A stretch of DNA of 32,550 bases from NCBI GenBank assembly GCA_002633005.1, contig NMRA01000930.1, positions 1 through 32,550 on the forward strand, in the 5' to 3' direction. The notes under the pieces are model-generated. The model was given only the letters and a program-made list of their open reading frames with translations, made no database searches and was not told where the DNA came from. Source of the stretch: Phoronis australis (lineage: Eukaryota > Animalia > Phoronida). This document shows, piece by piece, positions 8,731-22,233 of this stretch. The translations under genes were made by a program, and so were the position numbers. Positions within the stretch are counted from its first letter, which is position 1. Every line of letters begins with the position of its first letter.

Positions 8731-11700
8731 ATGAGACTCAAACACCATAAGATAGGACAATCGGTGTTTTGACAAACCTGCAAGTACGAAGTAAATTTGA
8801 GGACCTTAACTGAGTCCCTATTTGGGACTTTTTCACACAACCGGGCACTGGCTCCTGAAATATTTGTTTCTTTTTTGCCTTTTTAAAACTGTTTACTTTA
8901 TTATCATTTATTAACTGGTACGTTTGTTGTTTTTATATTATTTCGTTTTTGTTTAACTGCCTGTGAGATGTTCTTGAAGGTCTCATACTATTTATTACAA
9001 CCGGCGTATCACTGAGCAGCGACCGCGGGTGGACTTTGCAAGGAATGGCGGAAACCTTAACCCCACGCGTCCAGTAATGATAAGCTAGACCTTTGTCTTG
9101 CGTTTTGTTTCGGTTGTGTTTTATTATATTTTTTCATTTTCAAAATAAATTTCCTATGTGTAACTCCATATTGTATTTCGGGATTGCAGAAACATTGAAT
9201 TTTTGAGAAAAGTTACATGTAGAAGATCAACATAAAAATTAAATTTACAACCAAACTCTTTGAAACTCAGTGGCAACTAGGGACATGTTGTTTTGACGTT
9301 ATTATTATTCCTTAAATATATTTCATCAAACAATCTATACGCTACTTGCTTTTCAATCATTTTTATTGCAAATCCCATGCCATAAGATTTTAAAACATGG
9401 TGACGTTCTGTATAAGATGTAATGAACACATTCCGTTGGTGGAAACGTCCGTATGCAGTGTTACAGATTCGTCACGGGGAGATCCTTATACACAAGACTT
9501 TAATCTATAATGCAATGCAACTGATCATTACTTCTACATTGATACTGTAAATACTGTCAGTTTTCTCAACACATAATTTAGACTCCACTTAATTCTAGCC
9601 CTTTCCTTTAATGTCTCATGCCCATATTCCGGATAGCTGAATTTCTCAGTATAGTTACCCAGAATATTCATTATTTCGCCTGTACAGGGATATTCTGTGA
9701 TAGGATTTAGTATTTATTTTCCTTCTTCCGCAATGTTACAGATGGTAAACTTTTACTTGAATCGGAAGAAAGTTTATATTGTTTTCTCGGCCACTTCTAG
9801 CTCTGGCGTTATTAAAGAACAGACCCTCTTCAACCTCGTCGAACATACATGTATGGTCAAATAGTTGCTATGAAGACATTCTTAGCATGGTACACAATGA
9901 AATTATATAACAGCTTGTGAATGCACTCAATTCAGAAAGCACAAGTTTACGACAAATCACATTGCGAGTGCTACTGAGTTTTTCAACAAGGCATTTTTGG
10001 GTGCTAAAATATGTATTTAATGAAAACAAGTGACATTTGGTTAATGAGTGTTTTTGTCGGCAACTAAACTTTTTTGATTAAAACATTATCATGAGTACAT
10101 TTTCAGAGACTTTATATTTTGCCACATTGAGATATCGATATTTCCCGAAATACTTGACGTGTGGAGTGTTATCCGAGGGATTTTGTGAGGTACTATACAT
10201 GTAAGTCATCTTTGATGAAAAAGTCTTCAAGACTAACAATAGCGAAGACACGATTGTTGCTGTGTCTGGACCATTGAAATAAATATAGGTCCAAGGTGCG
10301 AGCCTTTTGCTGAATAGTTTAAGTCACTTTTCTATTGTTACGTTTTAAGGAGTATCAGAAAAGTTATAAATCTGACTAAAACTTACTCCTTGAAGATTAC
10401 CAGGGGTAGGTGTTTATAGTACAGAAAATGTCGCAATTCCCTCTTAAATGATAGCCATTTCCGATGCACAGACGACATACATGTACGCTATATCTCAGAA
10501 ATGACTGGTCGCATTCATATGAGACATTCAGATATCATGCTTCATGCACTCTACTCCAGAATACTGCAAGGAAATGTAAACAATCCACTTTGGTACGAGG
10601 AGCTATACAAGTACAAGATATATATCGTTTCCTTAGAAAAACTGAAGTTGCACGAAACCGAAACGCAGTTTTTGTGATCTCATCTTAAACAGAACTCAGT
10701 TATTTTTTATCACGATTTTTGGTCTATTATGGTGCTTCTACATGTACCACTGATTCAAGACATTGCTTCCACACACGCAGGCCTGAATGCATTTTCCAGA
10801 AAATCAAAAAACAATCACGTCTTTACTAGGTTAAGATCAGTAAGACCTGGAAAGGACATTGCAGGGTATTTACAAAATATGCTGATCGAACTGTAGACTA
10901 CTTCGTTATGCAAGACCTTAGAAAAATTTCCAATGTTGACCCATTTAGGAGCATGGTTCAGAGATGGCCGATTAGATTCAGGTGAGGGTTTTAGATAATA
11001 TGATTTATGCACTGTTCTCGGAAATAATGTGAGGAATTGTTTTCAAATTTTTCCACTTTTGCACGAGAGACTATCAGGTATTAAGACATTTTCGATATGC
11101 ATAAACCAAAGAAACCATAATTCAGAAAACTGTAACATCGATTTTAAGATTTTATCTTGAACATTTTCATCATATGAAACTTGGTCATGTAGTTTATCCT
11201 GTTATTTTGCTAGATATGTGCCTTTATTTTTTCTAAATTTTCCTAAAGTGTAAAGTGTGGAGTCAAAAATCAAAACTCCTACGCTTATTCATCACCGTGA
11301 ATTATGAATTATTAATTTTAGTAGAATTAGTACTGAATGCATTACATTTGCTATATTTGTTTTTTCTACACAAACCTAAATCGTTCGGATATTACTCAAC
11401 GTTGAAACAGTCGTTACAGTGTTCTACATTTAAATATCTGGTGATTGACGCCAGAGAATTTCTTTAAACCAAGCTCAGCCCCTTGAGCACCAAAATTCAC
11501 CAGAGGCTTGACGCCAAACCTGACGAACCGTCCGTCACGCTTCGAGTAAGCCAAAGTTTTTCACATTCTAGCTATTTGAGTAGAAATGAAAACCATGGGG
11601 CCTGACGGTTATGGGTGGTTCGGAGCTGTAGTTCAACGCACGGAAGTTTCCATAGACACAGGAAAATGCTGCCACTTACCGTTCGGACAAACGTGCCTCC

Positions 11701-14489
11701 CCCAGGGTATGAAAACGTCTTCATCGAACAAGAAGCAAATGACATTCGTTTGCATTCATGAGGACTTTGGTACCTGACACCATTTTTTCAATCGATATAC
11801 CTAACGAGCCAATTGAAACTGAGTAGCATGGAATCGCACGAAAGTGTTGACGTAATGCTACCTGTACCACTTAAACATCTCTGCAAGTTTGCGGGGACTC
11901 CTCAAGGTGAAAACAAAAACATGAAAGAGCGCCGAGAGATCACCAAGGTGTTTGACCAGCCACAGTGAATATGCACCAATGCAGGGACGCCTGCTGAAGT
12001 CCACTTGGAACAAAATGTCAGACTGCAATCGGGTCGTGGTGGCAAAAAGTGCACGCGCCTCCATCTCTATTTCACAAGGTGTATGAAATTTAAAAATATG
12101 AACTGTATACTAGAGCAAAGACTTCAAAATGATTTAATCTTGCGCAAGGTCCGATAAAACAGATTTCAAAATGATTTTCAATTGTTTTCAACTGCCACAA
12201 GTGCAATCGCTACATACAAAGTGAATACATCAAAATCAGCAATTTTCCCCCAAATCCATCATTGGCCTCGACTGCTATGAACTGAGACGCAGACAATGAA
12301 TTCACACCGCTTCTGATCAAAAAAATCAGTTGAAAGGTGGGTATAGATCAGACAGTTTTTACAAATCCAAGCTGCATGAATGTTGTCTGAATTTTTTTGC
12401 TTAGTTCCATTATCCCGCTTACAAGCCGTAAAAACGTTTAAGAAACGCCCGACTGAGCAAATGCCATTGATGCGTAGGCCTCACACGCACAACAAACATC
12501 AAGTTGACCGGCAAACAAACAGACAATTTTTATGAAATTGGGAGAGGTAAATTCAACCGTAGCTCATAAAACAGTGAGTGGCACACACATGGCTTTAACG
12601 TTGGCAGCGTAGACTAATTTTATTGCGGTCAAGGTAAGTTTCACAAAACAAGGGTTTATAGCTGCGTAACGGTGTTACAACTGTACATGTATGTGGTATT
12701 TGTAACAGTCTTTGATGAATTCATTGATTGGGTTGAAACGTGTAGTGCCTCTCTGGTGCAGAGTTCGTTAAAAACGATAGAACAATACAACTGATATTAA
12801 AATAAATGAGAAATAATACTCAATGTACAATTTATATCTAATATAACTAAAATAAATGTCAAATAGCAAACAGATACAGTAAAAGTATTTCATTCAATTT
12901 ATTACATATTCATGATACAATTTTGATAAATATGTTGAATTAATAGCATAAAGATATTATTACTCACTATCCAATTACTGATGTTTTGACTTTCAGTTGA
13001 GTAAGTGGCTCATTCAGTGCATCCAACACGTTTTAATAAAGTATATAGTAAACTATGTTGCGTAATGGACATTCATAGAATAGTTGTCGTGAGATACATG
13101 TAGCTGACCAGTACCATATATTGCAGACACAGTAAAGAATGTCTTACACTTGTGAACGTTGTTAGAGTTGTTTACTAGATGATTCTATCGCTGAGAAATA
13201 TCAACTGAAATACGACACAGTACTTTGTTCTAGTCACGTTAAACGAGTGAGGATAGCAATTAAGATTGTCCCAACAGTAATGAAGGCAAGGAAACTCACG
13301 CCTGGCTCACGCTGCGCTCGCGCTTCGTCCACACCTAACTCACGGCAAGTTCCGGGCTCAGTCACGCATACGCTCAAGCCAGGTTGTCACGATCGATTGA
13401 GGCCTGACTCCGGCCTATCTTCATATACGTACACGCCTACCCAGGCCGGAGGCAGCCCGGAAAAAGTCCAACAATTCAGTGGCTGTACTGTAAATAATGA
13501 GGAACATCCAGCATAGGCTGAAACTGTCAACAGATGGCGTTTATCTAGTTGTAAACAGACAGTTTTAAATGCTAGAAACTTTTTGCACAATCATAATGAG
13601 AATCTTACAGGGTCGGGCGAACAAGAGTCCCCTGTTCACCCTAGAGTATACAGCGAATTCCTCGGCACATCAAAGGCTTCATAGCGCCTTTACAGGTTGA
13701 AGTGAACCGGTCACTATTCATGGGCTTGACCGAAAGTGTAGTGATGGAGATAATTACGGTTGTAAACAACGAGCATGTTTAGCGTGCTACATTCAAAGTA
13801 AAAAAAAGTAAAAAACGAACAGTGGGCAAGGCGAACGACCAAAATGAACGTTTATAAAATCGAAAAGTAAATCTTGTCAGTCTTCGAATTTCTGAAATCG
13901 ATGCGTTACAGGGCACCGAAACATTGGCGAACAGGATTTCTTGCACTACTAAACCACGCGTGTTATTTTGTGAATCGATGAGGACGGGTTAGCCACAATC
14001 TGGCTTAGGCTCACTTAAGCGTTGGCGTAACAAAACCCTAAGCGAAACAGAATGAAGTTAATTCCTGCCAATTTTTGTGGTTATCAAGGACACTAGTAGG
14101 TCAAAATTTGGATTATCTACCAAACACCGTAATGCATGTACAAACCTTCTTTATTACTGTACATTTATTATGTTCACAAACACCGCGTTACAGAGATACG
14201 TATGTGTTACATCTAACGTGCATCAACTATTGCAAGATGTAAATAAACAAGTTCATTTATAACAGAACATTTAAGCACTCCATTCACAAAGGAATCGCAC
14301 ATAGCCAAATGAATAATTATTGCATTGTCAAACAAAATGTCTTTCTACATAGTCCACCTTTTTCTAAATTTGTATAGTTCAAGTTCTTATGACAAATTAC
14401 TTTTTCTGTATTATGATATTCACGAATTTCATTTTCAATTATTGTAGTTATGTGTTTATTAATAAAACACATTCGTTATTTTCAACCCA

Positions 14490-14996
14490 ACTAAATATTG
14501 GTAATGAAGGCATTTGGTTGAAAAGTTCTTCATCGATGCAGGCTACATCGTCTTGTGAGCCATGAAAGTACCTGGTAGACTGGTCCAGGAATCACGTGAC
14601 ACCGGAAGCCCACAACCATTGGAGTCATGGTGCTAGCACTGAGACACTTTGATTTGGTACAAGCTTCCCGGTGTCAAATTTTCAATGTTGACATCCCGTG
14701 AGGAGAAGGCCATGATTTACATGAGTGTTTACGACTCAAACGAATTTTTTCGATGATTTGCTGCATGCATCCACCAAATGTGGAAATTGCTACCTTGCAA
14801 TTTTTGTAGCATCGAGCCCCGATTTTCATCACGAGGGCATTACCAAGGAACGTAGCCAGAGGTTAAGCATGTTTTCCAGTACCATCCGCTCTGAAGTACT
14901 TTCTGGTACAGATAAGTGGCGATGAAGAGTCACTGGCCCCACGAGATTAGTATCCACTTTTTCATAAGTCTCCCATACTTAAATCACGCCATAAAC
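14490..14996 (-). pseudogene. Decayed coding exon of unrecognised family (possibly transposon-derived)
   Basis: After a TCTCAG acceptor, one frame reads VYGVI*VWETYEKVDTNLVGPVTLHRHLSVPESTSERMVLENMLNLWLRSLVMPS**KSGLDATKIAR*QFPHLVDAC...HVNHGLLLTGCQH*KFDTG... It has protein-like composition with 8 in-frame stops. AATAAA lies just downstream. Confidence 0.35.
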
Positions 14997-16253
14997 CTGA
15001 GACGAATGTAAGATTTGTTTTCTCACATGACATTTTTGCCGAAAAACTTGAGGTGTATAAAACTTTCAACCACATGACACAACTTTTGTAAAAACACGCT
15101 TGCGCAATGTAAAGTAATTCAGTTACTTTTTGTTAATAGTTTTATTTTGAACTTAGCAATTGTAAATTGCATTCAGCTTTCGTAGCAAATATTCAAGTTA
15201 GGATCTGATAATTAGTCTTTGAATTTGTGTTATTAAAACTTAAAAAAATGTTCATAAATAACAGTCAGCAAGGCTTTCCCGCCCGTGGGCACCGAATTGA
15301 CCTTGAAACAGCACAGCTAGACAGTCCCACTGCGTTTCTAGATTTCTCCGTTTGAATAAACGTGGAGGTGGAATTTTCCGCCGACGATATGTCTGTTTAT
15401 GAAGTTGTTTGCATGTCCTTCCGACTGGCACTACGTACATGTACGGTTGCGAGAGACGATTTGTCAATCATAACCTTGCCACCTTTTCGGCATTGTTTGG
15501 TTGGCGCGTTTGGTTGTTTTAGTGTATTGGAGGCGATAAAATGTAAGGTGTATGAATTTCTACTTTGCACTACTTTGGTATTCGCCTATGTAGTATCAAA
15601 AAATTACGTACTCGATGTTATTAACCATTCCAGGTTATGTTGTGAGAATTAAAACTATGTCACTTACACATCCCTACAACCAGGTCTCAAAAGAACTTCG
15701 TTTCATTTGCCAAATAGAAAAATCCACAATATTTAGAGGCCATGAAAGCAATGCAGAAAATGATAAAGGTGATCATCTCTTTCAAGCATTCAACAACTTC
15801 AGTTTAATCCTTCAGTGCAATATTCAAAAACTCTGCTGTATAAATTATCTTCATTTTTTATTGCTACTGACAACATTTCTTTAAAAACGTTATTTCTCTG
15901 CCAAATACACTTGTCTGGAACGACTTCTGTTCTGTACGTGTAAAATCTTTTTCGGCAATTTTCAGGCCTTAATATTTTTTCATTTTTGAAGATCAAATTT
16001 GAACATCCATTTCACTTGAAGGAGTGTGCCAGTTCGTGTGAAATTCTCCATACTTATGTTGTAGTATTAACAGTGCAGAGAGCTCTATTTGGCGACCTGC
16101 AGTTCGTCGAAACGTTCTCTGATTTTGGTTCGCCACGAAGTATCCGGTATTGACATGTATTTCGCTTTCAAATTTGTGGAATCTTCCAAGCTTTAAACAG
16201 TAATCACTTTTTCACCAAACAAGATAACTTTGATTCACAATGATTTTATTGAT

Positions 16254-16404
16254 GCGTGGGTTCAGTAGACGCTAGGACCTACGCTAGGACCTAGCTAAAA
16301 CCTAGTCAAAGTCACGTGTTCTCATTTAAAATGCACGGCAACATCTCACGTAATCTCGCGAAGTCTTGCTTTTTAGCGAGGTCCTAGCGTTACTGAACGG
16401 GAGG
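16254..16404 (+). mobile_element. Harbinger-like MITE, copy 1 (151 bp)
   Basis: Imperfect TIRs GTTCAGTA(G)ACGCTAGGACCT and internal GCTAGGACCT repeats. About 4 mismatches to the reverse complement of 17712-17862. Right flank is CAG and the left flank is degraded. Confidence 0.85.
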
Positions 16405-17711
16405 CAGTACATCTGTCTCTCACATTACACTTCCGAGCACGTGCTCAATCGTTAGCAGAGAGTGAACAGACGGTAGTCGGAGTTGTTCGGCAAAAATTAG
16501 CAGGGTCCTAGCATGACGTACGCACGCTTCCTTCCTGTTAAGAACTGAACGGAAATTCGTCGTCATTGATTTATACCTAAATTTGCATTCCACAAAAAAC
16601 GCCGCAGTTGCGGCTTTTAGTATTCCGACAAATCTATATTTTTTCACATCGGCATCGCTGTACATGTAAACAGGAATGTACATGGTCTACATTTCTGCGC
16701 GCTTTCATTTACGAATGTTAGTAACGATGCGTAATTTGTGGAGGGCATTAATTTAGCAATACGGCATACAAAGTTTCTTTGTTTTTGCGAACTCATTTCC
16801 AATTTAGCGACGCCTGAGAAATTTGCCAGATCGCATTTGCCGAGACCTGAGTGGCGTCTAGTTGCATTGAACATTCCCCAATAGGGACTCAACTTAGTTC
16901 CCAAGACCATTTTTGTTTACTAGCATATGTTATGTTGTTCTATTTTTATCTTTATTATGAGCTACTCTATTACTTATGTTATTTTGTAACACAATATACC
17001 AATGGGAATAGCTGGAGACTTCACTCTTTCAATTGAAGACGAGGCATAGGTTCCTATTTATTTCCATTAATATTGAGATTTCAATTTAAAGATTACTGTC
17101 GATGTACTAAAGCTAAATAGACTTAGCAACGAATTGAACGAGGTATTAGAAAGTTCAGTCAATGTTTGCGCAAGTCCACAAATGAGGTGAAAACTTATGG
17201 AGCATTCAGTATTTAGATCTCTAGTTGGAATTGTTCCATGCAATATGCCACTGTTGTCTTAGTTTTTTGTCATTTTCCTTTACCTAACCAAGTCTATGAG
17301 ATTTCAAGTCACATCGTGACTTTGAATTTTATGAGCTTGCTTTGAAGAAATAACGAATTTTATTGCTTCTTTCCAAAAAGAGAAATGTACTACTTCCTAA
17401 CTCTAAGTGGAATAAATCAAAGTTGATTTCTGGTGGAGATGACGGATTTAATTGTGCTTTAAATTGTCCCATCCCTGCGTGATACAACAAAAGGAATACG
17501 ATCAATGTCAAAGTGGAATGAATGTTGCTATTTTTAATTCGATGTGATGAGAATCGTATAATTATGTATTCATTTCGTTTCTTGTGCGACATATCATACA
17601 AAACTGTCTCATCTTAAATTCCTGGAATGCTCAAATATACACAAAATACTATTCAATTATCTCTCTCTTTTTCGGTATCCGTGACAAATCTACATGTACT
17701 TGTTAAACCTG

Positions 17712-17862
17712 CCTCCCGTTCAGTAACGCCAGGACCTCGCTAAAAAGCAAGACTTCGCGAGATTACGTGAGATATTGCCGTGCATTTTAAATGAGAACAC
17801 GTGACTTTGACTAGGTTTTAGCTAGGTCCTAGCGTAGGTCCTAGCGTCTACTGAACGGACGC
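17712..17862 (-). mobile_element. Harbinger-like MITE, copy 2 (151 bp), CTG target-site duplication
   Basis: Inverted copy of 16254-16404, flanked by CTG at 17709-17711 and 17863-17865. The empty site would be AAAC-CTG-GTTT. Confidence 0.88.
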
Positions 17863-19269
17863 CTGGTTTTAAACAATAACGAATTGTCTCGTACTTCAAG
17901 AACAGAAATCAATTCAATTTTGAGTCAAGGCAAGACCACCTTCAAACGAAAGCGGAAGTAAGGTTTGTAGCCGCTTTAAGGCTGTAAACTGTGTTCCTTG
18001 GACGGTACAACGTTCCTCGGCGGCTTATTTGTACTTCAAAAAACGTTATCTCGTTGGTAATCTTTATCTGACTCGTTGAAATTGGTTACAACGAAAGGAC
18101 ATGAATTCCCTTGACTGAAATTACATGTACCCGGTATATGAAGCATTAATAAACCGCCAGAGTTCTGCTAGGCCCTACAAAACATTTCTAGTCTATTAAG
18201 AACAAAACGTGGACAATTTTAGAATGGTATTAATCCAAAGTAAACAGTTGTTTTTGACAAAATATTCTGGTTTGTTGAACCTTTAACAGTATCTGATCCA
18301 ACTAAAGTGACTTAAAGGAAATTGAATTGTCTGGCTTTGACCAAGCAGAACTTCATGTATAACAAAATCCGCTTGTTAATGTATATTATGACAAAATCCG
18401 TTGTCTGTCAGACATTCTCTGAAATCAAAGCTGTGATTTGACGAGATAAACGTGCCTAAAGTATTCTGCCGTTTTTTGCTTGGACGGTTGACTGCACTCA
18501 TTAAACTTACTCAATGCTAATACAACTACTCCCGCGATACAGGCGACTAAAGACGAAACAGGAATGAGTCATGCAACACGTTTAAGAAGTAAAAGAAATA
18601 ATTTGTGATGTCTCCTCCAATTATTAATTTTTGCCTGTTATTAAAAGTTACAATGTTCAGTACGCACTATGGCCATGTTTTTATTTCGCATGAAAATAAC
18701 AGCTTGTCCCAAATTTCCTTTTATAACCAAATTAAATGTAGAATTCTAATGTACCTTTGTCTCAACTGAACAGAAAATGAAACCGCTGGTTATCCCCAAT
18801 TAAAGTATCATTATCGCCGGGACGAGTGATTTGTTGAAACCAGCCATTACCGATCCGAACCGTGACCCTCGCGTTCAAAGCAAAACCCTATGTTGATGTC
18901 TCAATTGTGTCGATAAATAAGAGAGCGGTTAAACGCGTATTTGACATCGGCGAAAATATAAACACAGAACACAGCTGATTTTATTGTATTGCACCTGTAG
19001 TCGCACTAAAGAGCTTCAAATAATCCATCCTACCTAACAATAACCTCAAAATGCGTTTTTTCGGCCGTAAAAACGATAATGCACCTTAAAATGTCGGCTC
19101 AGTGACAATTCGTCTGCCAGACTTCCGTTTGTGAAATGAATTCTCTGTAGTCTATGGATATAAGGACAGAACAAACTTGCAGGACGAAAAAGGAGTTCAC
19201 ATAAGAGCAGCATTATTTTATACTCTGCATACAAGGATACCGACTCCGTTTTATCTTCCATATACAGGC

Positions 19270-19415
19270 CAGTGGCGGATTTAGATGTGGACCAAAGGGG
19301 CCATGGCCCCCCTAAAATCCTCCCAGATTCGATTTGACAGTTCCTGAGTGCGAATGTCTGACGGGCAAAATCTTGCCCTGGTCTCCCCTCAATCAAAATC
19401 CTGGATCCGCCCCTT
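19270..19415. mobile_element. Small MITE with CAGTGGCGGAT...ATCCGCCCCT termini
   Basis: Imperfect TIR AGTGGCGGATTTAG / CTGGATCCGCCCCT, internal GGGGCCATGGCCCC palindrome, and a CAGGC(C) direct repeat on both flanks. Confidence 0.75.
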
Positions 19416-21275
19416 CAGGCCATCACTAGCCCGACTTTAAAAATATGTATTATCGGAAATAATTTTATTATCCACAATGGTACATGATAAAGTTACTGGT
19501 AGTTCACGTATACATGTACATGTATATATTCGATAACAGACCATCTTTCCATGACAGTTTCCCCGAGACAAGTTTTGCTGAACTCGACGTTTCAATTGTT
19601 TTAATGGTCCTAAAAGATACGAGAACTAATTGGCGGCAGTCTGATCTCGCGTCAGGAGTATTAAGTTGGTGTAAAAGGTGACCGATGCTCATGGCAATGA
19701 GGAAAGCACAAAAAGTCAATATTACAGACTCCATGTTCAAAACACATAACTAAAAATTATACGTGTCCGGTACTTCATCTCTCACGAGACACCGTGAGGG
19801 ATAACAAGGAAATTTTGCAATCAAGTGGGTCCTATTTAACACAACACAATGAAACATATATACTTTGAAAATGTTTCATCAAAATGTGTTGTTATGTTTT
19901 TGAGTTAACTGGGTGTCCGGCTGGCCGACTGAAATCCATACAAACGATTTCTGGTTTCTCAACTAACGAATGATAGGAAATACTTATTCCTTCCGCCCGT
20001 GACATCTGAGTGGTTTGAGCTACTTTTAGCTGCAAGTCACTAATCTCATTACTGAACTTGAAAACTGTCTCAAGGAAACGCAAGTCGTGTTTTTTCAGGA
20101 ATTAAATTGATATCAGGTTTCGGTTGACGCACCCTGTTTCGTTTTGCTTCCATACATGTACCAAACGCCAACAGCACTGATTGCGAAACGATAAGCAGGC
20201 ATCTAGAGAAAAGATTAGTTTTATATAAATGTGTGCGGCATCAATACTCAGTAAAAGATTAAGACCAAACTGGCAGATTTTCCCAACTTGTGGTAACACA
20301 TTTCCGTTTGATATGGAATTTTAAGCGGGCTTACAAGTTCGACTTCACAAAGAAACACATATTGGACTGGCTGTGTGACCAAAACTGACAAGATCTTCAT
20401 TTAATATTCTAAAATAGAGTTAAAATGAGGCAGCATACTCTTAATTTTGTTTTTGGTGATTGGCTGAACCAGTAGGTTTTATATTGAGTTAGCTAATATC
20501 AAAGTAGGACATTTTGACATATTAAATTCTTATTTCAACTTTAGTTCCCGCGGCTGTTAGAGCTTAGCCCAAAATAGTGTCCGGTCTTGTCTATGAACCC
20601 TTTTTAAAAATATCTGTGGGCGGGGTGGTCATAATTGTGATGGACAGACGAGAAGGGGTTGCCCTAAAATTGAAACGACTGAGGCAGAGTATGGTTGGAA
20701 AATTGTGACGATAAGGAACCGTTTATGTTACTGGGACCCCAAAATGTTTATATATGTGAATTAAGCTTAATACGGCATTGTCGATATTATTAGAGATTCT
20801 CATTTTCTCAATTTCATAGTTCACACAGAAACTCCAGAACTGTTTTTCCGAGTCTACTTACAGATAGTTTATTCAAAAGGCAAAGGGCGCCATCTCATAT
20901 ATTTTAAGAAGGATAACAGTATTCATTAGTTATACTGTGATCATAGGAACAAAAACATAACGAAGTATTCTACTTCTCTGTACGACAGTTTCCCTGTGCA
21001 TTGGTAAATGTCAGTCACTGCCCATTTAATTGATTAAGTCACTGGCCTCGATATCAGCGAATGACTGGCAGCTACTTGTAATAGTGTTATTTTAAAGCTC
21101 TGGTAAAAGGTGTGTTTTCGGCAGTTTTAAGTGATTTAAAAAACTGAGATGTATCAAATGGATCTGTTGGGGGTCATTAGCCCTCATTCGTTGGAAGCAC
21201 GGCACTCAAATTATTCTTCGTCCATTCATATCAATGTCATTGTGACTAGATGTCGTGTACTAATCAAGTGTTTAA

Positions 21276-21340
21276 GTGTCAGTCCACGGATCCACCGACC
21301 CCAGTACATGAAACAAGCACCAAGGTGGGGGTCAGCCATT
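21276..21340. mobile_element. Left end of TTAA-targeting non-autonomous DNA transposon
   Basis: TTAA (21272-21275) followed by GTGTCAGTCCACG...CACC...CAAGGTGGGGGTCAGCC, the inverted counterpart of the ends at 1-71 and 25828-25898. Confidence 0.6.
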
Positions 21341-22070
21341 GGGAACCATGTTTAGTCAGTCTAATAAAACATTATGGATTGGAGAAATTGGGTGAAGTAT
21401 GACATCACAAAATTTGGTGGTTTAGGAGATACTAGGGAAGTCTTCTGAGGGGCAAAATGATGCAATTTCTTGATGCGGAATGAGTCATTTTTTACTACAT
21501 TTTTCTACTGCAGTTTGTGCTTCAAATAGAAGCTTTTCTGAATAATTTTGATATCACATGAACGGTTCATGACAAATGTAAGTAAAAACGGCATAGACAC
21601 TACAATATCGGTAACACTGGAACTGTCGTTTACGTGGACTTACTTTTCGTGCTTGTTAAAAACCAGCAGTAAGTTATACCCTTATAGCGAAGCTGCCCCC
21701 ACGAGAAAACTGAAAATGATAACATGGGCATGTAAAAGATTTCATGCCCTTGAAATGAATACAAAATAAAAAAAAACTTTGTCAGCCCTTCAGTCAAGCT
21801 TGTAACAGGTATCTGAATTTCACTATTTTCAGACCCCACAGTGTGTGTTTGTCGTGTTGAACCAGACAGTAGTTGTGCGCCGTTTCTACGCATTAAAATG
21901 CCGTTGTATAATGCAGCAGTTAAAATACTTGGTTTGCTTAAATGTTTTTAATTAATTATAAGGATATAAACAGTACCCATCAAAATATGAAATTATACTA
22001 GATTTGTTCATGAGCTAATTTAATACCAAACTAAAGCATAAAATATTCGTTAGTAATGATGGCTGAGCTG

Positions 22071-22233
22071 GCGTGCGTTTAGTAGACGCTAGGACCTACG
22101 CTAGGACCTATGCTAGGACCTAGCTAAAACCTAGTCAAAGTCACGATTTCTCATTTAAAATACACGGCAATATATCACGTTATCTCGCGAAGTTCTGCTT
22201 TTTAGCGAGGTCCTAGCGTTACTGAACGGGAGG
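22071..22233 (+). mobile_element. Harbinger-like MITE, copy 3 (163 bp), CTG target-site duplication
   Basis: Same family as 16254-16404, with one extra GCTAGGACCT unit. CTG at 22068-22070 and 22234-22236. Confidence 0.88.

Noticed and set aside
9900-12650. Long AT-rich stretch that looks like non-autonomous DNA transposon interior
   Set aside because: Paired termini, a TSD or a second copy could not be defined, so it was not annotated.
19504-19740. Signal-peptide-like ORF MESVILTFCAFLIAMSIG
   Set aside because: No convincing donor or downstream domain, and it runs into TACATG repeats. It cannot be separated from chance.
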